Made by a program: the position numbers and the translations under genes. The notes under the pieces are model-generated. The model had not been told where the DNA came from. It saw nothing but the letters and a program-made list of their open reading frames with translations, and made no database searches. Source: Hyaloraphidium curvatum SAG 235-1 (taxonomy: Eukaryota > Fungi > Monoblepharomycota). From it: a stretch of 64,000 nt of DNA. Shown piece by piece: positions 1-9,791 of this stretch (its first letter is position 1; each line of letters begins with the position of its first letter). Location of the stretch: assembly GCA_025558095.1 (NCBI GenBank), contig JAIVFI010000005.1, positions 248,001 through 312,000 of the forward strand, written 5' to 3'.

Positions 1-773
1 TCGGCGGCGGTTCCGACTGCATGACGGTCAAAACTCAACAACTATGCGAGCGGAACCAAAGTACTCACCAACAACCCTGTCGGTGTTGTTGAACGGGTCG
101 CTGAAATACTCCTCGCCGACGGAAGGATCGCTGGAAATGTCGTCCGCAACTGGAAAACGAAGACCTCCTCAGACTCAGTAGCGCCAACGGCTCGACTGCA
201 CCCACGGATCCTATTCTTCAATGACAGACGGGGGAGCAGCGGAGAAATCCCCAGTATGAGTTTCTCCATTATCCATGGCATCCTCTTGTCGTGATTGACC
301 TCGAGCATGGGTGCAACGGCGATCGCGCCGGCGAACTCAAATTCGTGGTGGTACTTTGCCGCCGCATGCAGAGCGAGTGTTCCGCCATAACCGATTCCCA
401 GGACGAAATGGGGAGCATCTCCATGCCGCGTCCGCAGCATGGCCTCCCGAGCGTCCGTCAGAGTCCGGTCCCAGCCCTCGTTGTACCCTTTGGATTCCGA
501 CTTGTTGTGCCTCAGCGTTCTCCCGTGGCCACGCTGGTCGTACGAATGCACCTGGATACCCTGCTCCGCCAAGTGCGTGAAGGCAACGGAGTACCGGAGA
601 CAGTGTTCTCCCAGGCCGTGGAATGCCGTCACGACGCATCGCGGAGGGCGCCCATTCGGATCCTGCGGCCAGGCCAACCAGGTCTTGCAATAGAGCTCAG
701 CTCCATCCGAATGCTTCACGTATTCGCCGCCGTGGAGCTCAAAGACCTCGTCCTCGTCCGAGTCACGCGGCAT
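1..773 (-). CDS. Alpha/beta-hydrolase, monoacylglycerol lipase/lysophospholipase family (3' end off-window); nucleophile elbow lacks Ser
   Basis: Motifs FHGLGEH and YDQRGHGRT; elbow reads GIGYGG; intron (GTGGGT..CAG) joins to an exon encoding DISSDPSVGEEYFSDP. Confidence 0.85.
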
Positions 774-1087
774 CTCCGTCCGTGATGGACGATTGTAAGA
801 GACTCCAGAGCAGCCTCGCGACCTCGATACGAGCAGAGTTGCTCAGCGAGCCGCGAGAGCGGGATCGCGAAAACGGACTCGTGCAGGTTCCGTCTCCTCG
901 CGATCGACACGCGATTCTCGCCCAGATGGCAACAAAACGGAAGCTTAGGCGTTCCTAGCAGTTCTTTCCGGTAGCCAATGAACCCGCTGGCGCGTTCGTT
1001 CGCGTCGTTTTCGCGAGCCGCGAGTGATCGGGCCTGCGCGCGTCCTCGCAAGGCCGTCCCCCTTGGCGCGAGCGCCAACGGAAAGCC

Positions 1088-2648
1088 ATGGTTCTTCCGG
1101 AACCCGGCTACGATGTCTTCGACATTCCGTACGACGAGGAGTTCGAAATCGTGCGGCCGCGGCGGCGCGAGCGGAGCCTGAGCATCACCATTTCGTCCAA
1201 CGACCTGCGGGCCCCCCTTTCGGACTCGGGATTCGGCTCCGAGGAAGACAACCGCAGCGAGGACGAAGACGATGAGGAAGCGCCCAGCAAGGAGGAGGAA
1301 GAGGAGGAGGAGGAGGACGATCCGCCTCCGCGCTCCAGGGGAACGAAGCGCGCGCGGTCGGTATCCGCGGACGCCGCTTCGGTGTCGGCAGACAAGCGTC
1401 CGTCCCTCCCGGATGACGAACGCGTTCGGGGCTACCCAAAGAACAGGCTGCCGAAGCCTTTCTTTGTTCTGGACCACAGCGGACGGACCGTTCGCGTCAT
1501 TCAGCAGACCGCCGCGGGCCCGGTGATTAGCGAAGTGTTACCCGACGGCACGTCGCGCGAGGAGCCGATGGACATGAGTCGCTTCGTTCCAGGAGGGGAC
1601 AAGGCGAAGAAGAACGCGCTAGTGCTCGGCATGTTCTACTGCGATCCCCAGGTGGGCTCGTGCGACGTCGGTCCCGAGCGGCACTTCTGACTCGGGCGCT
1701 GCAGAAATTTGGAAACCATCCAATCGGCTCTGCTGCCATCAGGGATTCCGTGCGCTTGCTGGAGCTTGAACTGGACTACAACGTGTATTCTGTGGACAGG
1801 GAGCACACAACCCGGGACTCGATGGACCGGCGCCACTTCAAGATCGACCTTTCGAACGGGATCCGTGCAGCACGCTCGTTGAAGAGCGAGCTGAAGGAAC
1901 GGGGCCTGTCCAAGGTCCGATTCAGTGTCGTGATTGGGGACTACTTCAGGCTTCCGGCAGGTTGGTGGAATCCAGTAGGCGCTCGCAATCAGCAGCTCAC
2001 TTTTTTGGCTCAGATTGCCTGAATCGCCTCTACACGCGCGGTCTCTTTCTCAAATTCTTCACTGCAATGTACGACGAGCGTCTCCTGACGTCGAACGCGG
2101 AGTTCTATCTGCCGAATGCCCCGCGCATCCGCGAGAACATGCACGACCTCGACTGCCTTTACCGGATAACCCCGATACCTGGTTCCGACAATCCGCTGTT
2201 TGTGGCCACGGAAAGAGCGCCTCTGCCGGACCGATACAACAACGTGGGGGAGACGAGGGCGCTGGACGATACCCACCCCTTCCTGCTTTTGGAGATACTG
2301 GACTCTGCGCTCGAGAAGGCGAAGGATCTGCATGGCGATTCGCGATCCGCTCTCGAAAGGACGTTTGCTTCGCAGCTGAACCCGCGAGCTGTTCCTCTTC
2401 CGCCACCGCCGAAACCGCGAAAGTCCAACGGCGGGCCTGGGGCTTCGTCCTCGAGCGGTGTCAATGGCAAAGGACACACCAACGGCACTGCTAATGGCAA
2501 GGAGAAAGGCACCAAGACGAACGGGCACGGCGGCTCGGCGGCCAACGGAGCGAACGGCAAGCGGGCGGAATCGCCCGCCTCGGGGAGCAAATCTCGGAGC
2601 CGGCTCGTGCTGCGTCGTGGAAAATGGGTGCGTGTGCCGGCCACATGA
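1088..2648 (+). CDS. Uncharacterised protein: acidic/disordered N-terminus, Rossmann/methyltransferase-like core, low-complexity basic tail (start uncertain, possibly ATG 926)
   Basis: Three ORF segments joined by introns starting at 1652 (GTGGGC) and ~1961 (GTTGGT); strongly coding composition. Confidence 0.7.
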
Positions 2649-2881
2649 TCTGCGGATCTGGACGGCGCAATGAGATACCTCGCCCGATAGACGCAGATTT
2701 TGTACTACTGGACCTGATGTATTGCTAATGCACGATGTGGCCATGCGGCTACCTTTTGCATGACGTAGGAATCACTTCCAATTGTTCCATGACGCGCCGA
2801 GACTCAGATGGGATATCGGGGTATCTCTGAAAAAACGAGTTCGAAGCAGGCTTGCGATCTACCTCCCGGTGCCGGCCGGGA

Positions 2882-5399
2882 TCAACAGAATCGCCACCTG
2901 ATGGGGAAGACGCCGTCTCCCGAGGTGCTCCTGCCCAGGCGACGCAGTGCGCCGGGGGTGAAGTCGATGTTGCCCCAGCCGCAGCCTGCGCAGCGATCGG
3001 CAACATTGAAGCGGGCGGTAACGCCCCGATTAACGTCCAGGACTTCGACGCAAGCCCGAGTCGCGCACATCCAGAGCTGGTACTGTTCCGAGTTGACGGC
3101 AATGACCGGATCGTCGTCAACCACGCGATTGTCGCAGGAGCCCATGCTGCCAGGACACTGTCAGCCACGTCGCAGCGCAGGGTTACTACAGCACGCACCA
3201 ATTCCAACCGTGGTTCTGCCCAGGATCGCTTAAGGAGACTGTTAGTGTCTACTCAATGATGTCCCACCTGCAGATCCCTACCAAGGGTTGAACCAAGTTG
3301 CTCGACCACTGAACTGCCAGCTTGACGAGGGCGGAGGAGGCGGCGGCGGGGCAGGAGCCGGTGACGGAGGGGGAGGAGGAACGGGCGCGGGCGGGGGAGG
3401 CTGATCGGATCGGAGGCGTAAGCAGGATGTTCGAGCAACAATAAAGGGGCGCTTACCGGCGGGGGTCGCGGCGGCGGGGACGGCGGCTTTACAAGCTGGT
3501 GCGTTAGAGTATTCTCCGTGTAACGAAAGGCACTGTTGCTTACCGGAGGAGGCGAGGGAGGAGCGGGAGCCGGCGGCATTCCGCACACAGCAGGAGTCGA
3601 GCAGGTTCCCTGCCAGCAGCACTTGCTCTGACAGGTGTCTCCGTTCTCGCACTCGTTGCCGAGAGTGTCGTCCGAGCTCGGGGGAGGCGAAGACGGTCTG
3701 GGGTTCAGGTTTCCGCCATCGCCCTGCGAAGGAGGCGCGACCTCCTGGGGCCGATTGCCGAAGCAAACGGAATACTCCCGACAGAATCCCATGAAGCAGC
3801 ACGGGCATTCGCGGCCCGAAAGGGTGCACGAAACGTTGGGGGAGTTGCTGCCAAAGCACACCGAAACGTCCGAGCAGACACCGAGATGGCAGCAAGCGCA
3901 TTCGATCCCGGAGCCCGTGCAAGGGGTGACAGGAACCGGCGGTGGCGGAGGTGGTGGACGAGGGCGATCTCCAAAGCAGACCGACCAGTCCCTGCACCTG
4001 CCCTCGTGACAGCACTCGCATTCGATGCCGGAGCCGGTGCAGATCCTTTCAGAGGGACCGTCCCCGAAGCAGACGGAACGGTCCCTGCATTTGCCTTCGT
4101 GGCAGCACTCGCATTCAATACCGGATCCGGTGCAGGTCCTCTCGGCAGGACCGTCACCGAAGCAGACCGAGCGCTCGCGGCACTTGCCCTCGTGGCAACA
4201 CTCGCACTCGATGCCGGATCCAGTGCAGGTTTTCTCCGCGGGGCCATCGCCAAAGCAGACCGAGCGGTCGCGGCATTTGCCCTCAAAACAGCATTCACAC
4301 TCGATGCCGGAGTGGGTGCAGGTTTTGTCGCCAGAGCCGGGGCCCCCATCGCCAAAGCACACGGAGCGGTCGCGGCACTTGCCCTCGAAGCAGCACTCGC
4401 ACTCGATGCCGGAGTGAGTGCAGGTTTTGTCGCCGCTGGAGCCGGATCCTCCATCTCCGAAGCACACCGAGCGGTCGCGGCATTTGCCCTCGAAACAGCA
4501 CTCGCACTCGATGCCGGAGTGGGTGCAACTCTTGTCCGAGCCCCAGTCACCGCCGTCTCCTCCGCCATCGCCTCCGCCGTCGCCGAAGCAGACCGAGCGA
4601 TCACGGCATTTGCCTTCAAAGCAGCACTCGCACTCGATCCCGGAGTGAGTGCACTGTGGCTTTGGCCCGCCGTCGCAGTTCCGCTTCCCGTTGCGGCCGG
4701 ATCGTTTGCACTTCGAGCCGTGATCTTTGCCGCTGTCGCCCTTGTCCTTGCCCCCTTTGTCCCCCTTGTCCTTGCCCCCTTTGTCCCCCTTGTCCTTTCC
4801 CCCTTTGTCCCCCTTGTCCTTCCCGCCCTTCGAGCCGTCGCCGGTCTTGTCCCCGCGGCGGGCAAAAGAATGCAAGATGCCGCAGCGGAAATCACCGCTT
4901 CCATAGCAGAGGCCGTATTGGCGCTGACAGCCGGCTTGGCACCTGCGCGGGGATGACACCTGTCAGCTGATGACGCTGATCATTGCTGATCAAGGGTCGC
5001 TCACCCCTTCTCCTGGCTGAGCGACTCCTCGACGCAGGCGCCATTTTTACTGCAGCATTGCTCGTCGGGACAACGGGTGTCTGCCGGCGAAACGGTCAGT
5101 TCGTTCGGGATTCGAGCCGACGGTTGCAAGGGCACCCATGCCGGGTGACACCCACGGCCAAAGGAAGCGCCGCAGCGCCCGTCCGAAGAGACAGGCAGGC
5201 TCGTGCAGCCGTACGTATTCAGATCGCTGGCGAAGCTGGAGGCCAGGCGGTGGGGTTCCGGTGCGCTGCCAGACCCTTGCTCAATAGTCGCCAGCTGATC
5301 AGCGCCGCCGTCGGTGCGCGCACGCAGCGCGGCGGCCAGCGCCGTGCTGACGAGTGCGAGCTGGGCGCAGAGCACCAGCACGGGGGCGCGGAGCCGCAT
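2882..5399 (-). CDS. Secreted modular protein: signal peptide, CBM18/hevein-like domain, GKDKGDKG repeats, ~10 six-Cys repeats, Pro linkers, C-terminal DPBB (expansin/barwin/loosenin-like) domain
   Basis: Signal peptide MRLRAPVLVLCAQLALVSTALA; DGRCG..TRCPDEQCCSKNG..CQAGCQRQYGLC; FSGRATWF..GSC..VADRCAGC..NIDFTPGALRRL..PIRWRFC; several introns. Confidence 0.85.
3585..4655 (-). repeat. Coding tandem repeat: 9 near-identical plus 1 divergent Cys module (CTHSGIECECCFEGKCRDRSVCFGDG)
   Basis: Directly visible in the DNA and in ORF 3253..4959. Confidence 0.95.
4740..4826 (-). repeat. 24-bp coding minisatellite encoding (GKDKGDKG)n
   Basis: Unit cccttgtccttgccccctttgtcc repeated ~3.5 times. Confidence 0.9.
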
Positions 5400-5709
5400 G
5401 GCGGTCCGTGTGGGCGAGGAGAAGCGGTGCTCAGGCTGCTGGGACGGGACGGTCAGACGGGCGACATTCTCGGCGGCGCCGGGCGGGAGCGGCGGGCTCG
5501 GTGGGGAACTACTTACGCTTGTAGGAGACGGCAGATCCACAAGGGTTTGGAGCACGCTCGAAGCTCCCGAGGTGGAGAGTTGGCGGGGAGATTCGGGCCA
5601 GCGTTTCCGGCTCCCGCGGGCGCGACTTTCGCGCGACTCCGACCCACCAGCCCGGCGTCATCAACATCACCCCCTTGCGTTCTCCGTTTCCGTACCTTTC
5701 CTTCTCGAA

Positions 5710-7111
5710 ATGGCCGAAGGAAGCGACGCCGGCGCGCAGCTCCTGCTGAAGGCGGCTGCGCGCTGCGGCCCCGCGGATGTCAGCCTCGTGCGCACCCTGC
5801 TCGAGAAGGACCCGCTGCTGGTCCACACCGCTCGCGACGCCGCGAACCACAACCGTTCGCCGCTCCATTTTGCCTGCGCTGCGGGCAGCCTGGAGGTCGT
5901 GAAGCTCCTGCTGGACAATGGAGCGCAGTGGAACGTTGTTGACGATGTGTACATCTCCGCCGGAGACTTGGCCAGGGACAATGGCCACGACGAGCTCTAC
6001 GAGTTCATGGTCACTCGCGGCGTGGAGACCGAGTTCCTGATTCGGGTGCTCGAGGACCACGATATGGAGGATGCGGACGAAGAGGGGGAGGGGGAACAAG
6101 CGGACGTTGATGCTGAAGATGTGGTGGATCAGGAGGCAGCGGAAGCCGACTCTTCGGACGCCCCAAAGAAAGACGAGGACGAGTTCACCCTTCCGAACCC
6201 CATCTTTGTCAACGGAAAGGCGGTGCAGCCGCCCTCGAAGCCCGGCACGGGCACCGACTTGGACACGTACCTTTCGAAAGAAGTGAAGTACGAGGATGAG
6301 CACGGACGGCTGCTTGACGCCAATGGGAACGCCATCGAAATGGAGTGGGAGCGGATCATTATGGACAAGCACGCCGAGGTCGTCGCGCCGGTTCCCGGTC
6401 TCTCGGTGGTGAACGTGGGGTTCGGAATGGGCATGGTCGACGAAGCGCTGCACAAGCGCGAACCTCGTCTCCACACAATCTGCGAGGCTCACCCCGTGGT
6501 CTTGGAGAGAATGTGGGTACCACTGCGGCTCTTGCGAGCTCAACCTTAATGCCGTGGCTATCGAGCAGCAAAAAGACCCCGTGGATAAGCGAGTTGCCCG
6601 CCGACCGGATCCGTATCCTCTTTGGAAAGTGGCAGGACACGTTGGCCGAGGACCTGGAGCCCTTCGACGGCATTTTCTTCGACACTTTCTCCGAGCAGTA
6701 CGACAACTCTCTCCTTCCCCTCCACCGGGATTACCTTCCCCGCCTCCTCCGCCGGCCCGATCCGTCGAAACCCGGGGACCGCGGCGGGATCTACTCGTTC
6801 TTCAACGGCTTGGGCAGCGGGAACAAATTGTGCGTGTCTCGCCCTCCGCTTCTAGGGCTCGCGCTAACCAGCTTCGTCAACTCGCCAGCTTCCACGACGT
6901 CGCCTGCCGCATCGCCGAGCTGGACCTCGAAGAGTTCGGGTTCGAGACGGAATGGGTCACGTGGGACTTTGCCGGGCCCGACGGCGAGACCGCGAGGGCT
7001 CTTGGCAAGGACGAGGGCGACAAGGTCTGGCAGGGCATCCGCTACGACTACTGGCGGCTCGGCAACAAGTACCGGTGCCCGATCGTTCGCTGGAAGGCCG
7101 CTTCCGGGTAG
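5710..7111 (+). CDS. RMT2: Protein arginine N-methyltransferase 2 (ankyrin + GAMT-like domain)
   Basis: Ankyrin SPLHFACAAGSLEVVKLLLDNGAQWN; MEWERIIM, VNVGFGMG, ICEAHP, FDGIFFDTF, YSFFNGLG; introns at 6513 and 6830. Confidence 0.92.
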
Positions 7112-7243
7112 GAGTGTATGACCGTGCGGCGAAAGTCAGAGGCTCTGCCTGTGTTGCTAGTAGAGCGAGCCGTGTCTCAAGCCAGAGTACATTACATCTC
7201 TTTAACCATGCCCAGAGCCACCACGCGGTCCGGCGAACTGGAT

Positions 7244-8131
7244 TCAGTGCCACCCCAGCTGTATCGGCGTCGCTTTCCTCACCATTTCCCGAAACTCGCA
7301 GCAGCCCTCGTCCGTGCCCCCGAGCTCGTCCATGTAAAAGTCCAGGAGCTGCTGTTGGAACCCCCAGTTCGGCCGGGCCTGCGGTCTCCGTTCCTTCACG
7401 AGCCTGTACGCCTCGTCCAGCGTCATCCCCCGCGAAATCATCAGGTACGCTATCGCCAGCGTGACGGACCGCGAAACGCCCTGCTGGCAGTGCAGCAGCA
7501 CGCGCGCACGGTCCCTGAGCTGCCGCGCGGCCCCGTCGATGAAGGCGGCAACCTCGCGGAAGTGCGAGGCGATGTCGGCGTCCACGCTGTCCCGCATGAC
7601 GAGGTTCAAGTAGCTGATCCTCAGCTTCGCCAAATCAGGCGGGGAGGCGAAGCTTTCGGGCACCACCACCGACGACCTCCGCCTTTTGCGCTGCGGCGGT
7701 GGCTCCGACGACCAGTGTGCGCCGTTGGCCCCGTGCGGCGCCGCGTCCCTTGCATCCAGCTTCTCCGCCTCGCGGTCCACGATCAGCTTGGCGATCTTGA
7801 GCCCCAGCGCCGCGTCCAGGTCAGCGTGCTCAAAGTCCGGCTCCTCGGCCGATTCCAGTCCCTGCCCGACCAGGCCGACGTGCGACGACTCCCACGCCCC
7901 GTGGGGCAGGCCGCCGACGTTCACGATGTGCGTGATCAGGAGCTCGTTCAGGATCCAGGGGTTCGCGGCGTTCTCGCCCGTGCCGACCCAGAGGAAGTGG
8001 TCGAGGATTTCCGAGGGGAGCTCCGAAGGGTCGGTCGGCGGGCCGTGGGAGAGCGCCCGCGAGATGTTCAGGAAATGGACGATGGACGTCGAGAGCCGCC
8101 GCAGGCGGTGCTTCTTGTCCGTTTCCGCCAT
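7244..8131 (-). CDS. Dual-specificity protein phosphatase
   Basis: Catalytic loop VLLHCQQGVSRS; PSEILDHFLWVG; AYLM; RPNWGF. Confidence 0.92.
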   Translation of the reverse strand: MAETDKKHRLRRLSTSIVHFLNISRALSHGPPTDPSELPSEILDHFLWVGTGENAANPWILNELLITHIVNVGGLPHGAWESSHVGLVGQGLESAEEPDFEHADLDAALGLKIAKLIVDREAEKLDARDAAPHGANGAHWSSEPPPQRKRRRSSVVVPESFASPPDLAKLRISYLNLVMRDSVDADIASHFREVAAFIDGAARQLRDRARVLLHCQQGVSRSVTLAIAYLMISRGMTLDEAYRLVKERRPQARPNWGFQQQLLDFYMDELGGTDEGCCEFREMVRKATPIQLGWH

Positions 8132-8177
8132 GTTGCTCAAGGAGCTTTGCGGCAGAGGCCGTCACCGTACAGCCGGT

Positions 8178-8700
8178 CTAGCCGGGACCGCTCTTGATCC
8201 CAACCAGGGACATTGGTGCTGGATTGCAACGACTCACTGGTTCAGGAAAGGAAGTACATCGATGTGCCAGAAATTCGGCCTTTTCCTGCTCCGATAGCGA
8301 CTTGGTCAGATTGGTGAGCTTGAAAGCGTCGAGCAGGTACGATCGCCTTCCCGACCCGATTCGAATTGCTCGGTCGAAAGGAGAGGATGGCTCTCTGTAG
8401 GAGATGATTAGCAGGGTTCTCGCGGGGATCCTTTGTAGAACTGACCGTTGATGAGCATGGGCCAAGCAGGCTCCCTCAAAAAAGAACGCAACGATGAGCG
8501 TAGCAAGCTCCTCCTTCGTGAAACCGTAGAGGTCCTCGAACATTGCGTCGGCGGGCTTCGGTCCGTAGCTAAACAGATGTCCCGGAGCTCGGCTTTCCGG
8601 ATCATCCCGGCCGAATCATCAGATAAACATTTTTCTTGCTCTCCAGTCGATCCGATTCTTTCTGCAGCGGAAGCCCCGTTGGCCTTGATCGAGATCGTTC
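8178..8700 (-). pseudogene. Degenerate coding relic, possibly an AAA-ATPase-like/PD-(D/E)XK family fragment
   Basis: FEDLYGFTKEELATLI resembles the family D-x-x-GFT-x-x-E motif; NGQFYKGS follows in a shifted frame; no intact gene. Confidence 0.25.
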
Positions 8701-9210
8701 AACCTGTCGTGCAATGAGGAGCTAGCACCCGGACCGGACCGGGACCGTCGCAGGGCGAGGAGGGCGAGGCGCTCATCGCGGCTCGGACGGACGACGGATA
8801 AAGGAGGTAGCTTCCGATGTCAGGCTGGGTTCGCCACCGCCGGAGCTGTTTGCCTAGACCTAGATCGTTGATGCTACGGTGTTCGCGACGACCTTTGGTC
8901 CATGTGAACGAGTGGTTAAGCAGGTTGCGCAAGGCGTACGAGTGCCTGGTGCGCGAGGCGGCTGCCAGGGCGGCCTATGGCGGCAAGGCCGAGCTGTGCA
9001 TGATTCAGGCATCCTAGCGATGCGCGAGGAAGGCAGGGGGAAATACAATGGAGGCGAGGGAAGATGGGCGCCAGAGTTCGATGAGCACAACGCAATTAGT
9101 ACCTGACAAAGCACATGCAGACTTCCATGGACACTGCCGGAGCCTCCCAACCATCACACCCCTGCTACAGAACACTCCATCCGTGTAGAAGAAATCTCCA
9201 GTCAAGTTGC

Positions 9211-9791
9211 TCACGAGGCTTTAGCGGTCATGAGGCCCTTCAGCTCGCCAACGTCCTTGTGGAGCTGTTGGAGGCCCACCTATTGGAAGCACACAATGAG
9301 ACTCCCACCACAAAGCCCTGAGAAGAGCACTACCTCGACCCGGCCAATATCGGCCCGCAACTCCGCCTTGAAAGCCTGCATGTCGGCTCGCATTGTTTCC
9401 TTGAAACAGACAGACAGTGAGGGTACCGCCACAAAGCCAAAAAGCAAACAGTACTTCAACGCGACCAATATCGGCCCGCAATTCGGCTTTAAAGGCCCGT
9501 GAATCAGCTCTCATAGTATCCTTCGAAAGCAGATAGTCAGAGACCATTATCAACGAGCCATGGTGTATGAGGCACCTCAATTCGATAAATGTCGGCCCTC
9601 AATTCCGCCCTGGTATTGTAACCAAAGGCCAAAACGAGGCCGAACGGGGCGGCGAGAAGAGAGTAGGCTTTAGCATTCCGTTGCAAGTGTTGCAGCGGCC
9701 CTTCGGGCGTCAAGTTCTCGGTGCTGAAGGAGCGCGCCCTCGAGAGCTTGGACAACGAGATGAGGCCGAGACGCCTAAAGAAATCCGCCAT
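9211..9791 (-). CDS. Hidden 4-exon gene, 138 aa: mitochondrial presequence-like N-terminus, one hydrophobic helix, repeated coiled coil (KAELRADIGRVE)
   Basis: Exons 9791-9576, 9520-9455, 9399-9334, 9279-9211; all GT-AG, phase 0; splices to an open frame from ATG to TGA. Confidence 0.75.
9280..9620 (-). repeat. Tandem 121-bp exon+intron duplication (exon ends at 9576, 9455, 9334)
   Basis: Exact 121-bp spacing; similar 66-nt exons and similar introns (ggctttgtgg shared by two). Confidence 0.85.

Noticed and set aside
3950-4655. Regularly spaced DNA repeats with variable spacers, superficially CRISPR-like
   Set aside because: They are in-frame coding Cys modules with Gly-rich linkers in a eukaryotic gene; no cas genes
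9095-9115. YLTK peptide resembling a rolling-circle Rep motif
   Set aside because: Immediately preceded by a stop; no HUH motif; too short to be meaningful
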